Origin: an uncultured bacterium
GTDB taxonomy: Bacteria > Verrucomicrobiota > Verrucomicrobiia > Limisphaerales > UBA8199
DNA: 64,000 nucleotides
Assembly: GCA_963749495.1 (NCBI GenBank)
Contig: CAVVMW010000006.1
Span: forward strand, 576,001 to 640,000
Direction: 5' to 3'
The position numbers and the translations under genes are program-made. Shown here one piece after another: positions 19,951 through 29,828 of this stretch. Every line of letters starts with the position of its first letter. Position 1 is the first letter of the stretch. Below the pieces are notes generated by a model that made no database searches, was not told the origin of the DNA, and saw nothing but the letters and a program-made list of their open reading frames with translations.

Positions 19951-20748
19951 ATGACGACGAAGAACCCGTTTCCGGGGATGAATCCCTTCTTCGAGCAGGA
20001 ATGGCGGAGTGCGCACACGTCGCTGGTCGTGTATCTGGGAGATGCGCTGCAGGAACGGCTGCCCCCGGATCTGAGGGTGCGCCCCGAAGGGGAGGAAGTC
20101 GTTACCATCGGCGTCGGCGGGCCTGGAAAAACCTACCGCCCGGGTGTGAAGGTCTGCGAGCCGTGGACCCCGAAGGAACCCAGCGCCACCGAGGCGCCGA
20201 CAAGGCCACCCGAAACGCCCGGCACCGAACCGATTCGGGTCGTTCTGGACCAGGAGACGGAGCGTTGGCTTGAGATTCGCGATGACAAGGGCCGGCTGAT
20301 TACCGTGATCGAGTTGCTCAGCCCGAGCAACAAGCTCGAATCCACTGGCCGGGACGACTACCTTCGGAAATGTCGCGACTTTATCAGCGGCGGGGCCAAT
20401 CTGGTGGAGATTGACCTGATCCGGAAAGGCGCTTGGGTCTTCCCCCAGGCCGTTCGGGATGTCCTCCAACACGCGGGCGCTTGCTACGCGGTCAGCGTCT
20501 TTCGGGCGGCGCGCCGTCGCGAGCAGGAAGTGTATCCCATCGGCCTGCGCCAGCGGCTGCCTTGTATCCGCGTTCCCTTGCGCCCGGCCGATGCGGACGT
20601 CGTTGCGGACCTGCAACCCTTGGTTGACCAATGCCACGAGCGGGGCCGCTACCATTTCCTGGAGTATCGGCTGGCGCCCGAGCCGCCACTGGCGCCCGAA
20701 GACGCCGCCTGGGCCAACCAACTCCTTCGCGAACACCAGTTACTCTGA
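19951..20748 (+). CDS. DUF4058-family protein, copy 1
   Basis: KNPFPGMNPFFE, LEIRD, VIELLSPSNK, LVEIDL. Confidence 0.85.
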   Translation: MTTKNPFPGMNPFFEQEWRSAHTSLVVYLGDALQERLPPDLRVRPEGEEVVTIGVGGPGKTYRPGVKVCEPWTPKEPSATEAPTRPPETPGTEPIRVVLDQETERWLEIRDDKGRLITVIELLSPSNKLESTGRDDYLRKCRDFISGGANLVEIDLIRKGAWVFPQAVRDVLQHAGACYAVSVFRAARRREQEVYPIGLRQRLPCIRVPLRPADADVVADLQPLVDQCHERGRYHFLEYRLAPEPPLAPEDAAWANQLLREHQLL

Positions 20749-20933
20749 ACCCCGGGCTTCCGGGCGCAGGCAGGTCGTTGGCGGTCCGGTGGCCAGCCAG
20801 CCGGCGGGCAGGGGAGAGGGAGATGCTCCACACGGCTCGTCTGATCCTGAACGTGAAATCGAATAAGCCGCCCTGACGCGGGCAGCGAACCGTTTCATTG
20901 CCGCTGGGGCGGGAGGGTGATAGCCTGGGCTAC

Positions 20934-21728
20934 ATGACGACGAAGAATCCGTTTCCGGGGATGAATCCGTTCTTCGAGCAACGGTGGCGGGGTGCGCACA
21001 CGGCTCTGATCATGTACCTGCGCGATGCGTTGCAGGAACGGCTGCCGCCCGATCTGGTCGCAGAACCGGAGGAGGCATCTGTCACACTCGGCACCGGCCA
21101 GTCGCCTGTCACCTACCTCCCGGATGTGCAGGTCCGCGAGCTGTGGAAGCTGAAGGAACCCAGCGCCACCCAGGCGCCGCCCAAGCCGCCCGAAATGCAT
21201 GCCACCGAACCGATTCGAGTTTTCCTGGACGAGGAGACCGAGCGTTGGCTTGAGATTCGCGATGACAAAGGCCGGCTGATTACCGTGATCGAGTTGCTCA
21301 GCCCGAGCAACAAAGTCGAATCCACTGGCCGGGACGACTACCTTCGGAAACGTCGGGACTTTATCAGTGGCGGGGCCAGCCTGGTGGAGATTAACCTGGT
21401 CCGGAAAGGCGCTTGGGTTTTCGCCCAGGCCGTTCGGAATGAGCTCCAACACGCGGGCGCCTGCTACGCGGTATGTGTCTTCCGGGCGGCGCGTCCGCGC
21501 GAGCAGGAAGTGTATCCCATCGGGTTGCGCCAGCGGCTACCTTCTATCCGCGTTCCCTTGCGCCCGACCGATGCGGACGTCGTAGCGGATCTGCAACCCT
21601 TGGTCAACCAATGCCACGAGCGGGGCCGCTACCATTTCCTGGACTATCGGCTGGCGCCCGAGCCGCCACTGGCGCCCGAAGACGCCGCCTGGGCCAACCA
21701 ACTCCTTCGCGAACACGGTTTGCTCTGA
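20934..21728 (+). CDS. DUF4058-family protein, copy 2
   Basis: Tandem paralogue; YLPDVQV and IELLSPSNK. Confidence 0.85.
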   Translation: MTTKNPFPGMNPFFEQRWRGAHTALIMYLRDALQERLPPDLVAEPEEASVTLGTGQSPVTYLPDVQVRELWKLKEPSATQAPPKPPEMHATEPIRVFLDEETERWLEIRDDKGRLITVIELLSPSNKVESTGRDDYLRKRRDFISGGASLVEINLVRKGAWVFAQAVRNELQHAGACYAVCVFRAARPREQEVYPIGLRQRLPSIRVPLRPTDADVVADLQPLVNQCHERGRYHFLDYRLAPEPPLAPEDAAWANQLLREHGLL

Positions 21729-21741
21729 ACCTCCGGCTTCT

Positions 21742-22142
21742 GGCAGAAAAATGAGATGGCAGAAAAATGGCTCTTTTCCATTTTTCTGCCGGACGGTGTT
21801 TTTGTGCCCCCATGCTTGCGCCTTTCTCGCCGTCAACCGCCGAGGCCCGCAAGGTTTTGGACTGCGGCAGTCCTCTGCCGCTTTCGTGCGCGCTGGGGTT
21901 GGAAAAGCGGCAGAGGACTGCCGCAGTCCAAAACGCTTCGCGGCTTCCGTCGCCATGCACTAGCCGGTTCATGGTCCGCATGCACGATTTCAAAACCGTC
22001 GAGCCTCTCCATGAACCGTCGCCAAGCCCGCAAGGTTTTGGACTGCGGCAGTCCAAAACGCTTCGCGGCTTCCGTCGCCATGCACTAGCCGGTTCATGGT
22101 CCGCATGCACGATTTCAAAACCGTCGAGCCTCCCCAGGAACT
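21742..22142. repeat. Composite repeat cluster: GGCAGAAAAATG hairpin, family B doublet and GGTTCATGG..CCATGAACC unit, partly duplicated in tandem
   Basis: 21845-22017 is repeated in collapsed form at 22026-22142. Confidence 0.85.
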
Positions 22143-22246
22143 AAACGCCTCTGCCCGGCACAGCCTCCGGGCTGCTTGACACACCGGCGCCGGACGATAG
22201 CATTCGGCCCATTGAATTGAATGTCGGCCATAACAAGCCTCCCTTT

Positions 22247-24743
22247 ATGCAACACTCCTCCAGACGGAATTTCTTGCTGACACCGAATTGGCGCTTGGCC
22301 CTGTGTGCCGCGGCGCTGGCGCTCGAACGCGGCCGTGGCGCAGAACGATTTGCCAGTCGTCCAAAAGGTTTTTTTGCCGCCCAGCCTGCACATGGGCAAC
22401 ACCGGGATCTCTGCGGTCCAGCCCATCGACGAGGCCGCCTGGATCTGGCACCCGCAGTTCGGGGTGGCGTCGGCGGCGGCGCACGCCGACATCTTCTCCG
22501 GCGGGTGGCGCGAGCCGGTGTTGTTGCGTTTTCGCAAACCGTTTGAGGCCGCTGCCTCGCCCCTGCGCCTCCACGTCAGCGCCGACGAACGCTTCGAACT
22601 GTTCCTGGATGGTCATCGCATCGCGCGCGGCCCCGACCGGTCGGATGTCGAGCACTGGTCCTACGCCACCTATGACGTGACGCTTGCGCCGGGCCCGCAC
22701 CGCCTGGAAGCTCTGGCCTGGAGCATCGGCCCTTATGCTCCGGTGGCGCAGATGTCGTGGCGCGGCGGCTTCGTGCTCAAGGCCGAAGGCGATTACGACC
22801 GGCAGTTGACCACCGGCACGGCGGCTTGGGAGGTCGCCCGGCTCGACGGTTGCCAGTTCACGCCCGGGGTGTTCTTCGTGGGGGCGCAATTGACCGCCCG
22901 CGACTGCGGACCGCAATGGAAGGAGGGCGACTATGTGAGGGCGCAAATCGTCCGGGCAGCGCTCCACAAGACGCCTTACGGCGAAAGCGCGGCGGGCTGG
23001 AAGCTCTTTCCCACGACGCTGCCCGATCAGATCGATCGCGAGATTAGCGCCGGCCGGGCCATGGCGCTGGGCAGCGGCGCCCTGGGACCCGATGACACGG
23101 TGAGCGCGGAGGCGGCGCGGCACCCGGATTTGCCCAATTGGCAGGCGCTCATCGCGGGCACCGAGCCAATCGTGGTCCCGGCAAACTCGGAGCAGTTCCT
23201 GCTCTGGGACCTCGAAAACTATTACTGCGCCTATCCGCTCTGTGAAGTCAGCGGCGGCGCGGGCGCCAGGCTGGCGTGGAGTTGGGCCGAGTCTCTCTAT
23301 CTTCCCAAATCCGAGGCCAAAGGCCGGCGCGATGAGTTTATCGGCAAGACGTTCCGCGGCATGACCGACACATTCCTTCCGGGCGGCGGGGCGCACAAGC
23401 AATTCACCACGCTCTGGTGGCGCGCCGGCCGCTGGTGCCTGATCTCCATCCGGACCGCCGCCCAACCGCTGACCATTCACCGGCTCGCGCTGGACGAGAG
23501 CCGCTATCCCTATGAGAACGAGGGCAGCTTTGATGGCGGAGACCCCGCCCTGACAGGGGTCATTGCGCTGGCGGTGCGCGGCATCCAGATGTGCGCGCAC
23601 GAAACTTACATGGACTGCCCCTTCTACGAGCAACTCATGTACGACGGCGACACGCGCCTGGAACTGCTCACCACCGACGCGATGACGCGCGACGAGCGGC
23701 TGGTCAAGCGCGCCCTCGAGCTGTTTGATTTCTCGCGCCGCAATTGGGGCTTTGTCAATGAGCGCTATCCCTCATATTTGCCCCAGCACTCGCCGACCTT
23801 TTCCCTGATCTGGGCCCTGATGCTCCATGACTATGCCTTCTGGCGCAACGAGCCGGGGTTTGTGAAGGCGCGCGCCATCGGGCTGCGCTCCATGCTCGAG
23901 CACTTCGAGCCTTACCTGAACGGCGAGGGCCTGCTCGAGAAGCTGCCGGGCTGGCCGTTCATGGACTGGGTCCCGCAGTGGTCCGTCGGCAATGCGCCCG
24001 ACGGCGTCGAGGGCATTTCCTCGCTCAACAACCTGCTTTACGTCTATGCCCTGCGCGAATCGGCCGCCGTGGAGGATAGCCTGGGCGAGCCGCTCCTGGC
24101 GCAGCGCCTGCGCGCCAAGGCCGCCCGCACTGCCGCCGCCGTGCGCGCCCGGTTCTGGGACGAGCCGCGCGGCCTGGTGGCCGATAACCTCGCGCACACC
24201 GAGTTCAGCGAGCACGGCCAGTGCCTGGCCCTGCTCAGTGACACGCTCACCGGCGGCCAGGGCCAGCGCTGCTTCGAGCAATTGCTCGCTGCGCCCGACC
24301 TGAAACGGGCGACCATTTACTTCAGCTTTTACTTGCTGGAGACCTGGCAGAAATTCGGCCGCGGCGACCTCATTGTCGAACGGATGGGTTTCTGGAAGGA
24401 CCTGGTCAGCCAGGGACTCAAGACACCGGTCGAGATGCCGGGCGACACGCGCTCGGATTGCCATGCCTGGGGCAGCCACCCGCTCTTCCATCTGCACGCC
24501 AGCGTCGCCGGCGTCCGCCCCGCCTCGGCGGGGTTCCGCACCGTCCGCATTGCGCCCCAGCCGGGCAATCTGCCGAGGATCATCAGCCGCACGCCTCACC
24601 CGGATGGATTCATCGCGCTGGACCTCGCATTCGAGGGCGGCCGCTGCCGCGGGAGCATCCAATTGCCGCCGGGCATCACCGGCACCTTCGTCTGGCGCGA
24701 CAAAGAACAGAAGCTGGCCGGCGGCGCTAATGCGATCCAGTGA
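22247..24743 (+). CDS. GH78-family alpha-L-rhamnosidase-like protein with a Tat signal; frameshift near 22325
   Basis: SRRNFL signal; MDCPFYEQLMYDGD, FMDW, RSDCHAWGSHP. Confidence 0.85.
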
Positions 24744-24795
24744 GTCATGCCTTCTTGCCCTTGTCAATCAGACCCATCCGGCGCAGAGTGTCCGC

Positions 24796-25200
24796 ATGAA
24801 TGAGACTAATCCCGGTCCGGTCGGGCTGGCTGTCACGCCCGAACCACCGCCGTTGCGCGTGGACGAGCATGGCGTCATGCGCGTTGGCCGGACTCGGGTG
24901 ACGCTGGACACATTGGTGGCGGCGTTTCAGCGCGGCGACACGCCGGAAGAAATCGCGCGTAATTACGACGCGTTGTCGCTCCGCGAGGTTTACCAGGCGA
25001 TCGGTTATTACCTGGGGCACGAGGCGGAGGTGAACGCGTATTTGGAGCGGCGCCAGGCCTCGCGGACCGCAGTTCGGGAACAAGCGGAGTCACGGCATAA
25101 TCCGAACGGCATTCGCGAGCGATTGCTCGCTCGCCGGAGGCAAACGGCCTCGTGCAAACGAGCATTCCTGAACAGGAGAAAACAGAGACAACGGAGATAA
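24796..25200 (+). CDS. DUF433-family antitoxin-like protein
   Basis: RVGRTRVTLDTLV..GDTPEEIA..Y..LSLREVYQAIGYY; the tail reads into a 9-mer repeat. Confidence 0.85.
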   Translation: MNETNPGPVGLAVTPEPPPLRVDEHGVMRVGRTRVTLDTLVAAFQRGDTPEEIARNYDALSLREVYQAIGYYLGHEAEVNAYLERRQASRTAVREQAESRHNPNGIRERLLARRRQTASCKRAFLNRRKQRQRR

Positions 25201-25234
25201 GAACTCTGTTTCCTCCGTTGCCTCCTGTTAAAGA

Positions 25235-25712
25235 CATGACGACCTGTTTCTTGAACACCACACTGGTTCGTCCGTGGCCGACGTTCACGCAGTCGGCGCG
25301 CAGATTAAGCGAAACAGGCGCCTGACCTGGTTCCGATGAGGCTGTAGCCAGGGACGAGGAGAACGGTAGCGAAATCTATCTGCTCCATGACGTGCTCAGC
25401 AACGACCAGGAGGACCCCGCCACAAAGCCAGCCAGCAAGCTGGATTGGCAGGAGTTCATGGATGGGCCATCAGAGCGTGACTAGGCCGTAATCGAGGGCC
25501 TGGTGGAAGGCAAGCCGCTGTCCAACCCGGCTCCTAAGCGGCACCTGAACAACTCGACCATGATGTATCATAAGCAGCGGTTAGCTCAAGCTATAGCCAG
25601 CTTTATGGGCGCGGATAGCCTCGTCGAGGTCCGGCGCAAGCCAAGATGGATGGATTGCCTTGCCGCCACTCGTGAGAAGATGGCCTGCCGGGAAGAGAGA
25701 AGGCACCTGTAG
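25235..25712 (+). pseudogene. Degraded remnant of a DNA-binding (sigma/HTH-like) gene
   Basis: LHDVLSNDQEDPATKA..KLDWQEFM, then a stop, then a basic helical C-terminal part; no intact start. Confidence 0.35.
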
Positions 25713-26025
25713 GCGGTCACCACCAATCAACTCCATGTAATCAACCCCTCAACCTCTAACATCTGCTGCCGCGTGGTCCTGCCTGGCCTCCCCTGGGTTG
25801 GACTGGGTAGCGGTGCTGGAGGTTTGGGGGGAGCAGCGGGTTTAATTCCCGCCTTTAGCTATCAGCCGTTGGTGGTCGATGAATCGCCCTCATCTGCAAT
25901 AAACTCCATACCCTCTACATCGGCTCCTGTGGCTCTCTCGATGGAGGGTCACGGGCGTCGGTGTAGAGGACGTGGGGGAGCAGCGGGGCCTTTAGCTGTC
26001 CCCTTTAGCTATGAGCCTGTCGTGC

Positions 26026-26613
26026 CTAAAATTCAGTCAGTCGCTCGCCTGATTTCTGTTTGGTGTTGGAGCAGGTCGTTTTAGCTGCGTTCGTCAAAAA
26101 GGGGAATAGGCGCAAAAACAATTTCCTTAACAGAGGTGGTTTTTGGAATAATGGATTTCGCTTCTTTAGAAAAGCCGTTGCTGTCCCGTATTCCTTGCCC
26201 TCTACAACTCGAAGTGTTTCATGTTCAATATCTTCGCCTTCTCCCAGCTTGCTTGTCCAAACACCGTTGGGCAACATACGAGCGGCATGCGTTGGTATTT
26301 CGTCATCATCAACAAAAATAGCAACCTTCTCAAATCCATTCTGAAATCGAGCGTTTTTGCAGACGTAATACCCTTCCGTTGCGAATGCCTTAATAAACTG
26401 TTCTAAACTCGTCGGGTCAATTTGGTCCAACGCAATGGGCCAAAATGCCGTCGGGTCATCAACCGGCCACCACCAACTGTTTCTCTTCCCAGCTGCCCAG
26501 GCAATGCAGTTATAATTCTCGTCCCCAAGCGCCTTAGTGCGGTCGCTAGAGCATTTGAAATTTGCCGTGTGGGCATTTTCAAATCTGCTCGGTATCCAGG
26601 AACAATCTCTCAC
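26026..26613 (-). CDS. Conserved hypothetical protein with YNCIAWA..WWWP..THAAR..WTSKLG (DUF7689-like, possible Cys-His enzyme)
   Basis: Motifs read directly; AT-rich; last gene of a tight three-gene operon. Confidence 0.7.
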   Translation of the reverse strand: MRDCSWIPSRFENAHTANFKCSSDRTKALGDENYNCIAWAAGKRNSWWWPVDDPTAFWPIALDQIDPTSLEQFIKAFATEGYYVCKNARFQNGFEKVAIFVDDDEIPTHAARMLPNGVWTSKLGEGEDIEHETLRVVEGKEYGTATAFLKKRNPLFQKPPLLRKLFLRLFPFLTNAAKTTCSNTKQKSGERLTEF

Positions 26614-26621
26614 GATGTTCG

Positions 26622-27125
26622 TTAGATGTAATTGTTTTTATACCCCCATTGCAACCATGCGGCTCTGGCGTCCTCGGCGTCCTTCATTCCGTCTGCAACA
26701 TCGGTTCCGGCCATGAGTTTAAGGGCATAAAACCAGCGGTCTGGATTTTTTTGCAACTCATTTAATACAAGCGCCAGGCCGGCGGTTCCCATCGCTATTA
26801 TCCTCAGATAGGCAGGATGTGCGAAAACCTTCGTGAGCGAGGAGTGGAAGAATGTTTCTGCCTTCCAGCGTTCTACAAGGGCATGAAACTCGTTCGCTAA
26901 TTCTTCAGTGCCAGCACATTTTCGATGTGTCGCATTTACGTTCTCCAGTTGACGAAACACCAGTCGTCCTAGCGGCAAGCTCTGGAGTTCTACATCGGCC
27001 GGTTGTTGATACAAAAGGTCTGAGATTGGAGGTTGAACGTTGGCCTCAGTCATCGCTTCTGGATAGAAACCAGGCAGTGCAAAAGCAAGCGCAGCGACGG
27101 ACATATTGTGAAGATTGGAATTCAT
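26622..27125 (-). CDS. Conserved hypothetical helical protein (RWKAET..SS..HPAYLRIIAMG..WFYAL)
   Basis: 4-bp and 8-bp gaps to its neighbours; AT-rich. Confidence 0.7.
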   Translation of the reverse strand: MNSNLHNMSVAALAFALPGFYPEAMTEANVQPPISDLLYQQPADVELQSLPLGRLVFRQLENVNATHRKCAGTEELANEFHALVERWKAETFFHSSLTKVFAHPAYLRIIAMGTAGLALVLNELQKNPDRWFYALKLMAGTDVADGMKDAEDARAAWLQWGYKNNYI

Positions 27126-27129
27126 TTAA

Positions 27130-27516
27130 CTATTTTACCTGTGGCTGAGTTGCTTGTTGCTTCTTTGCTCTTTCGACTAATGCTATGAAATGACCCAGAT
27201 TTTGATAAACTGCTTTAGCTGCCTCCAACGGGAGGACGACATCAATATCGACCTCCCGAGCTACCTGATAACCAGGTGGCATCGTAAATTTTGCGTCTGG
27301 TTTCCACGTTCCATTAGCGTCTATTTCCTGTGTAACCGCAGCAGGAAGGGGTTCAACGTCTCTGAACAACGAAAGAACTATATCCTGGTTCCCGTTTATC
27401 CTGCCCCAGGCTCCCATCACATAAAGCGTGCGAAAACCCGGAGTCTTTATGAAGGCGAATGTCACCGCCTGCGAAGTCGGTGCCTCTGGAGCTGATTTTT
27501 TCTCTGTCTCGCTCAT
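27130..27516 (-). CDS. Hypothetical protein, DUF3467-like
   Basis: FRTLYVMGAWG..IVLSLF..REVDIDVVLPLEAAK pattern. Confidence 0.6.
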   Translation of the reverse strand: MSETEKKSAPEAPTSQAVTFAFIKTPGFRTLYVMGAWGRINGNQDIVLSLFRDVEPLPAAVTQEIDANGTWKPDAKFTMPPGYQVAREVDIDVVLPLEAAKAVYQNLGHFIALVERAKKQQATQPQVK

Positions 27517-28169
27517 GTTTCAGGCTTTCGTTTCCCGCGTCGTTGTCTGGACATTCAGTCAAACCGAGGTTACTAGTCAGGTCCGGTGTTTGGGCAGCAT
27601 TCGGCTATTCCGGCTCTTTACAGGCCAGAGGGTTGGCAACGACTTTGAAGATTGCCGATCCCGTCTGCTCGCCGTCATCCACGCTACTACGGCGCCTAGG
27701 GAGAGCTCGTTCCTGGTCGCATTCATTGTGTTCAGCCGTTTGCCAGACTTTACCCTGCAGCGGCCAGGCGTCAACCTCAATCCTGCGTATAAACGGCATA
27801 ACCAGGTCCTCGCCGCCGCCCGCCCCCATCGAACCCTCGCCCGTATGCCCTCAATGTCGAACACCGTTGGCTCCAGAGAGACTTTTATCTCGGTCTGCTG
27901 TGCCTGGAGGTGGTCTTGAGCAGCGAAAGGTTGGAGGCCTCGCGGACGCAGCGGTCCAGGCCAGTGGCGATTGAGAGGATGGAGCCAGAGCCGGGTCCTC
28001 GTTTAATGGCTGGCTGCTGAGGCGTAAACCGGCCCAAGAGCGATTCTGGCGTCTGGGAGGCATGAAGGGGGAGCCGGGAGGAGGGCGAGGGCAGGCAGGG
28101 GCAATGGGCAGTCCGGGAAGGCCGGGACCGTGAAAACCCAATAAAACATGGGGGTTTATCCAATTAACA

Positions 28170-28350
28170 ACATCTGGCCCTGGAGCCGGGGCGAATTGGG
28201 GCGGTAATCATCCGGGGCGAGGTCCTCGATGCGCTGAATCTTGCCGTCCAGAAAGCCCCAGCCCAGAGGAGTGTAGGCGACGAAGCCGACGCCCAGTTCC
28301 CGGAAGGCGGCGGGCAGGATTTGGTCCTCCGGGTCGCGGCTCTAAGTGAA
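28170..28350 (-). pseudogene. Internal fragment of an aldo/keto reductase
   Basis: SRDPEDQILP..RELGVGFVAYTPLG.GFL.G...DLAPDDYR..SPR.QG with an in-frame stop and no start. Confidence 0.75.
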
Positions 28351-28521
28351 CTTGGGAAAATGTTGGCAAGAGAGAGTGTCACAATGCGGTGGTGGAGATG
28401 CGCCCGCAGACCACGCAGATCACGCAGAATTGAAGGGACGAATGCGAGTTTCTGCGTCATTCTGCGTGATCTGCGGGCATTGAGCCGCGAGAAGGCGCAG
28501 AAGACGCAAAACATGAAGGAC

Positions 28522-29169
28522 CTACGCAGTCGAAGCAGAATGTCCTCGTTCGGCATCGGCGTCCAGCCAGCGAAGGAAGTCGCGAAAGAGGCTGGCCAGG
28601 GCCTTGGGGGTGAAATGGGCGTTGAGGCCGCTGGGGTTGGGCAGCACCCAAACCGGGGCGGCTGCGAGCCTCTCCGGCTGCAGGCCGGCGATGGCCGCAG
28701 GGCGCTCGAAGGCAGACCGGTAGGCGCCGATGCCCAGGACTGCCACGACCCGGGGCCGGCAGCGCTTGACCTTTTCCTCGAGGACTCGGGCGCCAGCGAG
28801 CAATTCCCTCCGGCTGAGATGGTCGGCGGTGGCCGTTGCACGCTCCACGAGGTTGGTAATGCCGTACCCCAAGGGCAGCAACTGGCGCTCCTGGTCCGGG
28901 CGGAGCAAGCGCTCCGTAAAGGCCGAGGCGAAAAGCGCCGGCCAGAAGCGATTGCCGGGCCGCGCAAAGTGATGGCCTGCCCAGGCCGAATAGAGGCCCG
29001 GGTTGATCCCGCAGAAGAGGACTCGCAGACCGGGGCCGATGACATCCGGCACCGTCCGGCCCGCTGCGGCGAGCAACTCGGACCGCGTTGGCCTCCCGTG
29101 GGTTGAACCGCGCCCGCATGGTTTCTCTGGAGCGATCACGACCAGTGGATCAGATTTCCTCGTTTCCAT
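28522..29169 (-). CDS. mug: G/U mismatch-specific DNA glycosylase
   Basis: VLFCGINPGLYS..HHFARPGNRFW..LPNPSGLN; start uncertain. Confidence 0.92.
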   Translation of the reverse strand: METRKSDPLVVIAPEKPCGRGSTHGRPTRSELLAAAGRTVPDVIGPGLRVLFCGINPGLYSAWAGHHFARPGNRFWPALFASAFTERLLRPDQERQLLPLGYGITNLVERATATADHLSRRELLAGARVLEEKVKRCRPRVVAVLGIGAYRSAFERPAAIAGLQPERLAAAPVWVLPNPSGLNAHFTPKALASLFRDFLRWLDADAERGHSASTA

Positions 29170-29378
29170 TGCTTGCTCCTTTGTTCTTCTTTGGTCTCCG
29201 GGTAATTCTTGCACGCAACGGCCCTTTTTCCCAGGGAATTCTCGCAGAAGAACCCAAACGTGGGAGAGGGCAAACGAGACCGGTCTTTGGCCTGCGGATC
29301 GGTGCCGGATGGATCGAGCGCCCTGAGGCTTGAATGCGGCCTTGACGCGCGGTCACAGAGTTCTTAGATTTCAGTCGA

Positions 29379-29576
29379 ATGGCAGTTGCAAAGACCAATG
29401 CCAAGCCGGTCGCGCGCCGAATGCGGAGCCAGCGCCAACTCAACGGCGCCGAACTCGCCCTGCTCTTGCGCAAAGCCGATTCGGCCAAATCGCCCGGGGA
29501 GAGGAAACGCCGGCGGCGGGAGTTTATGCGCGGCTTCTACGGCGACTCTCGGGCTGACGCCTATGCCAAGAGTTAG
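29379..29576 (+). CDS. Small basic hypothetical protein (antitoxin-like)
   Basis: TTGACG-17-TAGATT promoter 8 nt upstream; overlaps the next gene. Confidence 0.55.
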   Translation: MAVAKTNAKPVARRMRSQRQLNGAELALLLRKADSAKSPGERKRRRREFMRGFYGDSRADAYAKS

Positions 29577-29807
29577 GCGGACAAACGTTCCGCCCGCACT
29601 GCTGGCCCATTTGATCGACCGACGCGCCAAGTGGGGTGTTTCTTACGACGAGATTGCTGCGCTGGCAGACTGGCTGCAATCCAACCCGGAGGTGCCCATT
29701 GGCAGGTGGTTTAAAGATTTCTCGACCTTCGTGGTCTGCGGTGAGGGGAACTGATCAAGACCTTTCTGCCCAAAGGGCGGCTGGCCGAAGGTCAAGAGGT
29801 CTTTTAG
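29563..29807 (+). CDS. Small hypothetical protein (toxin-like), frameshift in a G run near 29747
   Basis: MPRVRR..LLAHL..WL..PEVP.GRWFK.F..F.VCGEG, continuing ELIKTFL..GQEVF in another frame. Confidence 0.55.
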
Positions 29808-29828
29808 CCTGAGCACAGCGCCAATGCC

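Noticed and set aside
27560..28165. Coding genes or an IS end
   Set aside because: Short ORFs without recognisable motifs and no partner inverted repeat found.
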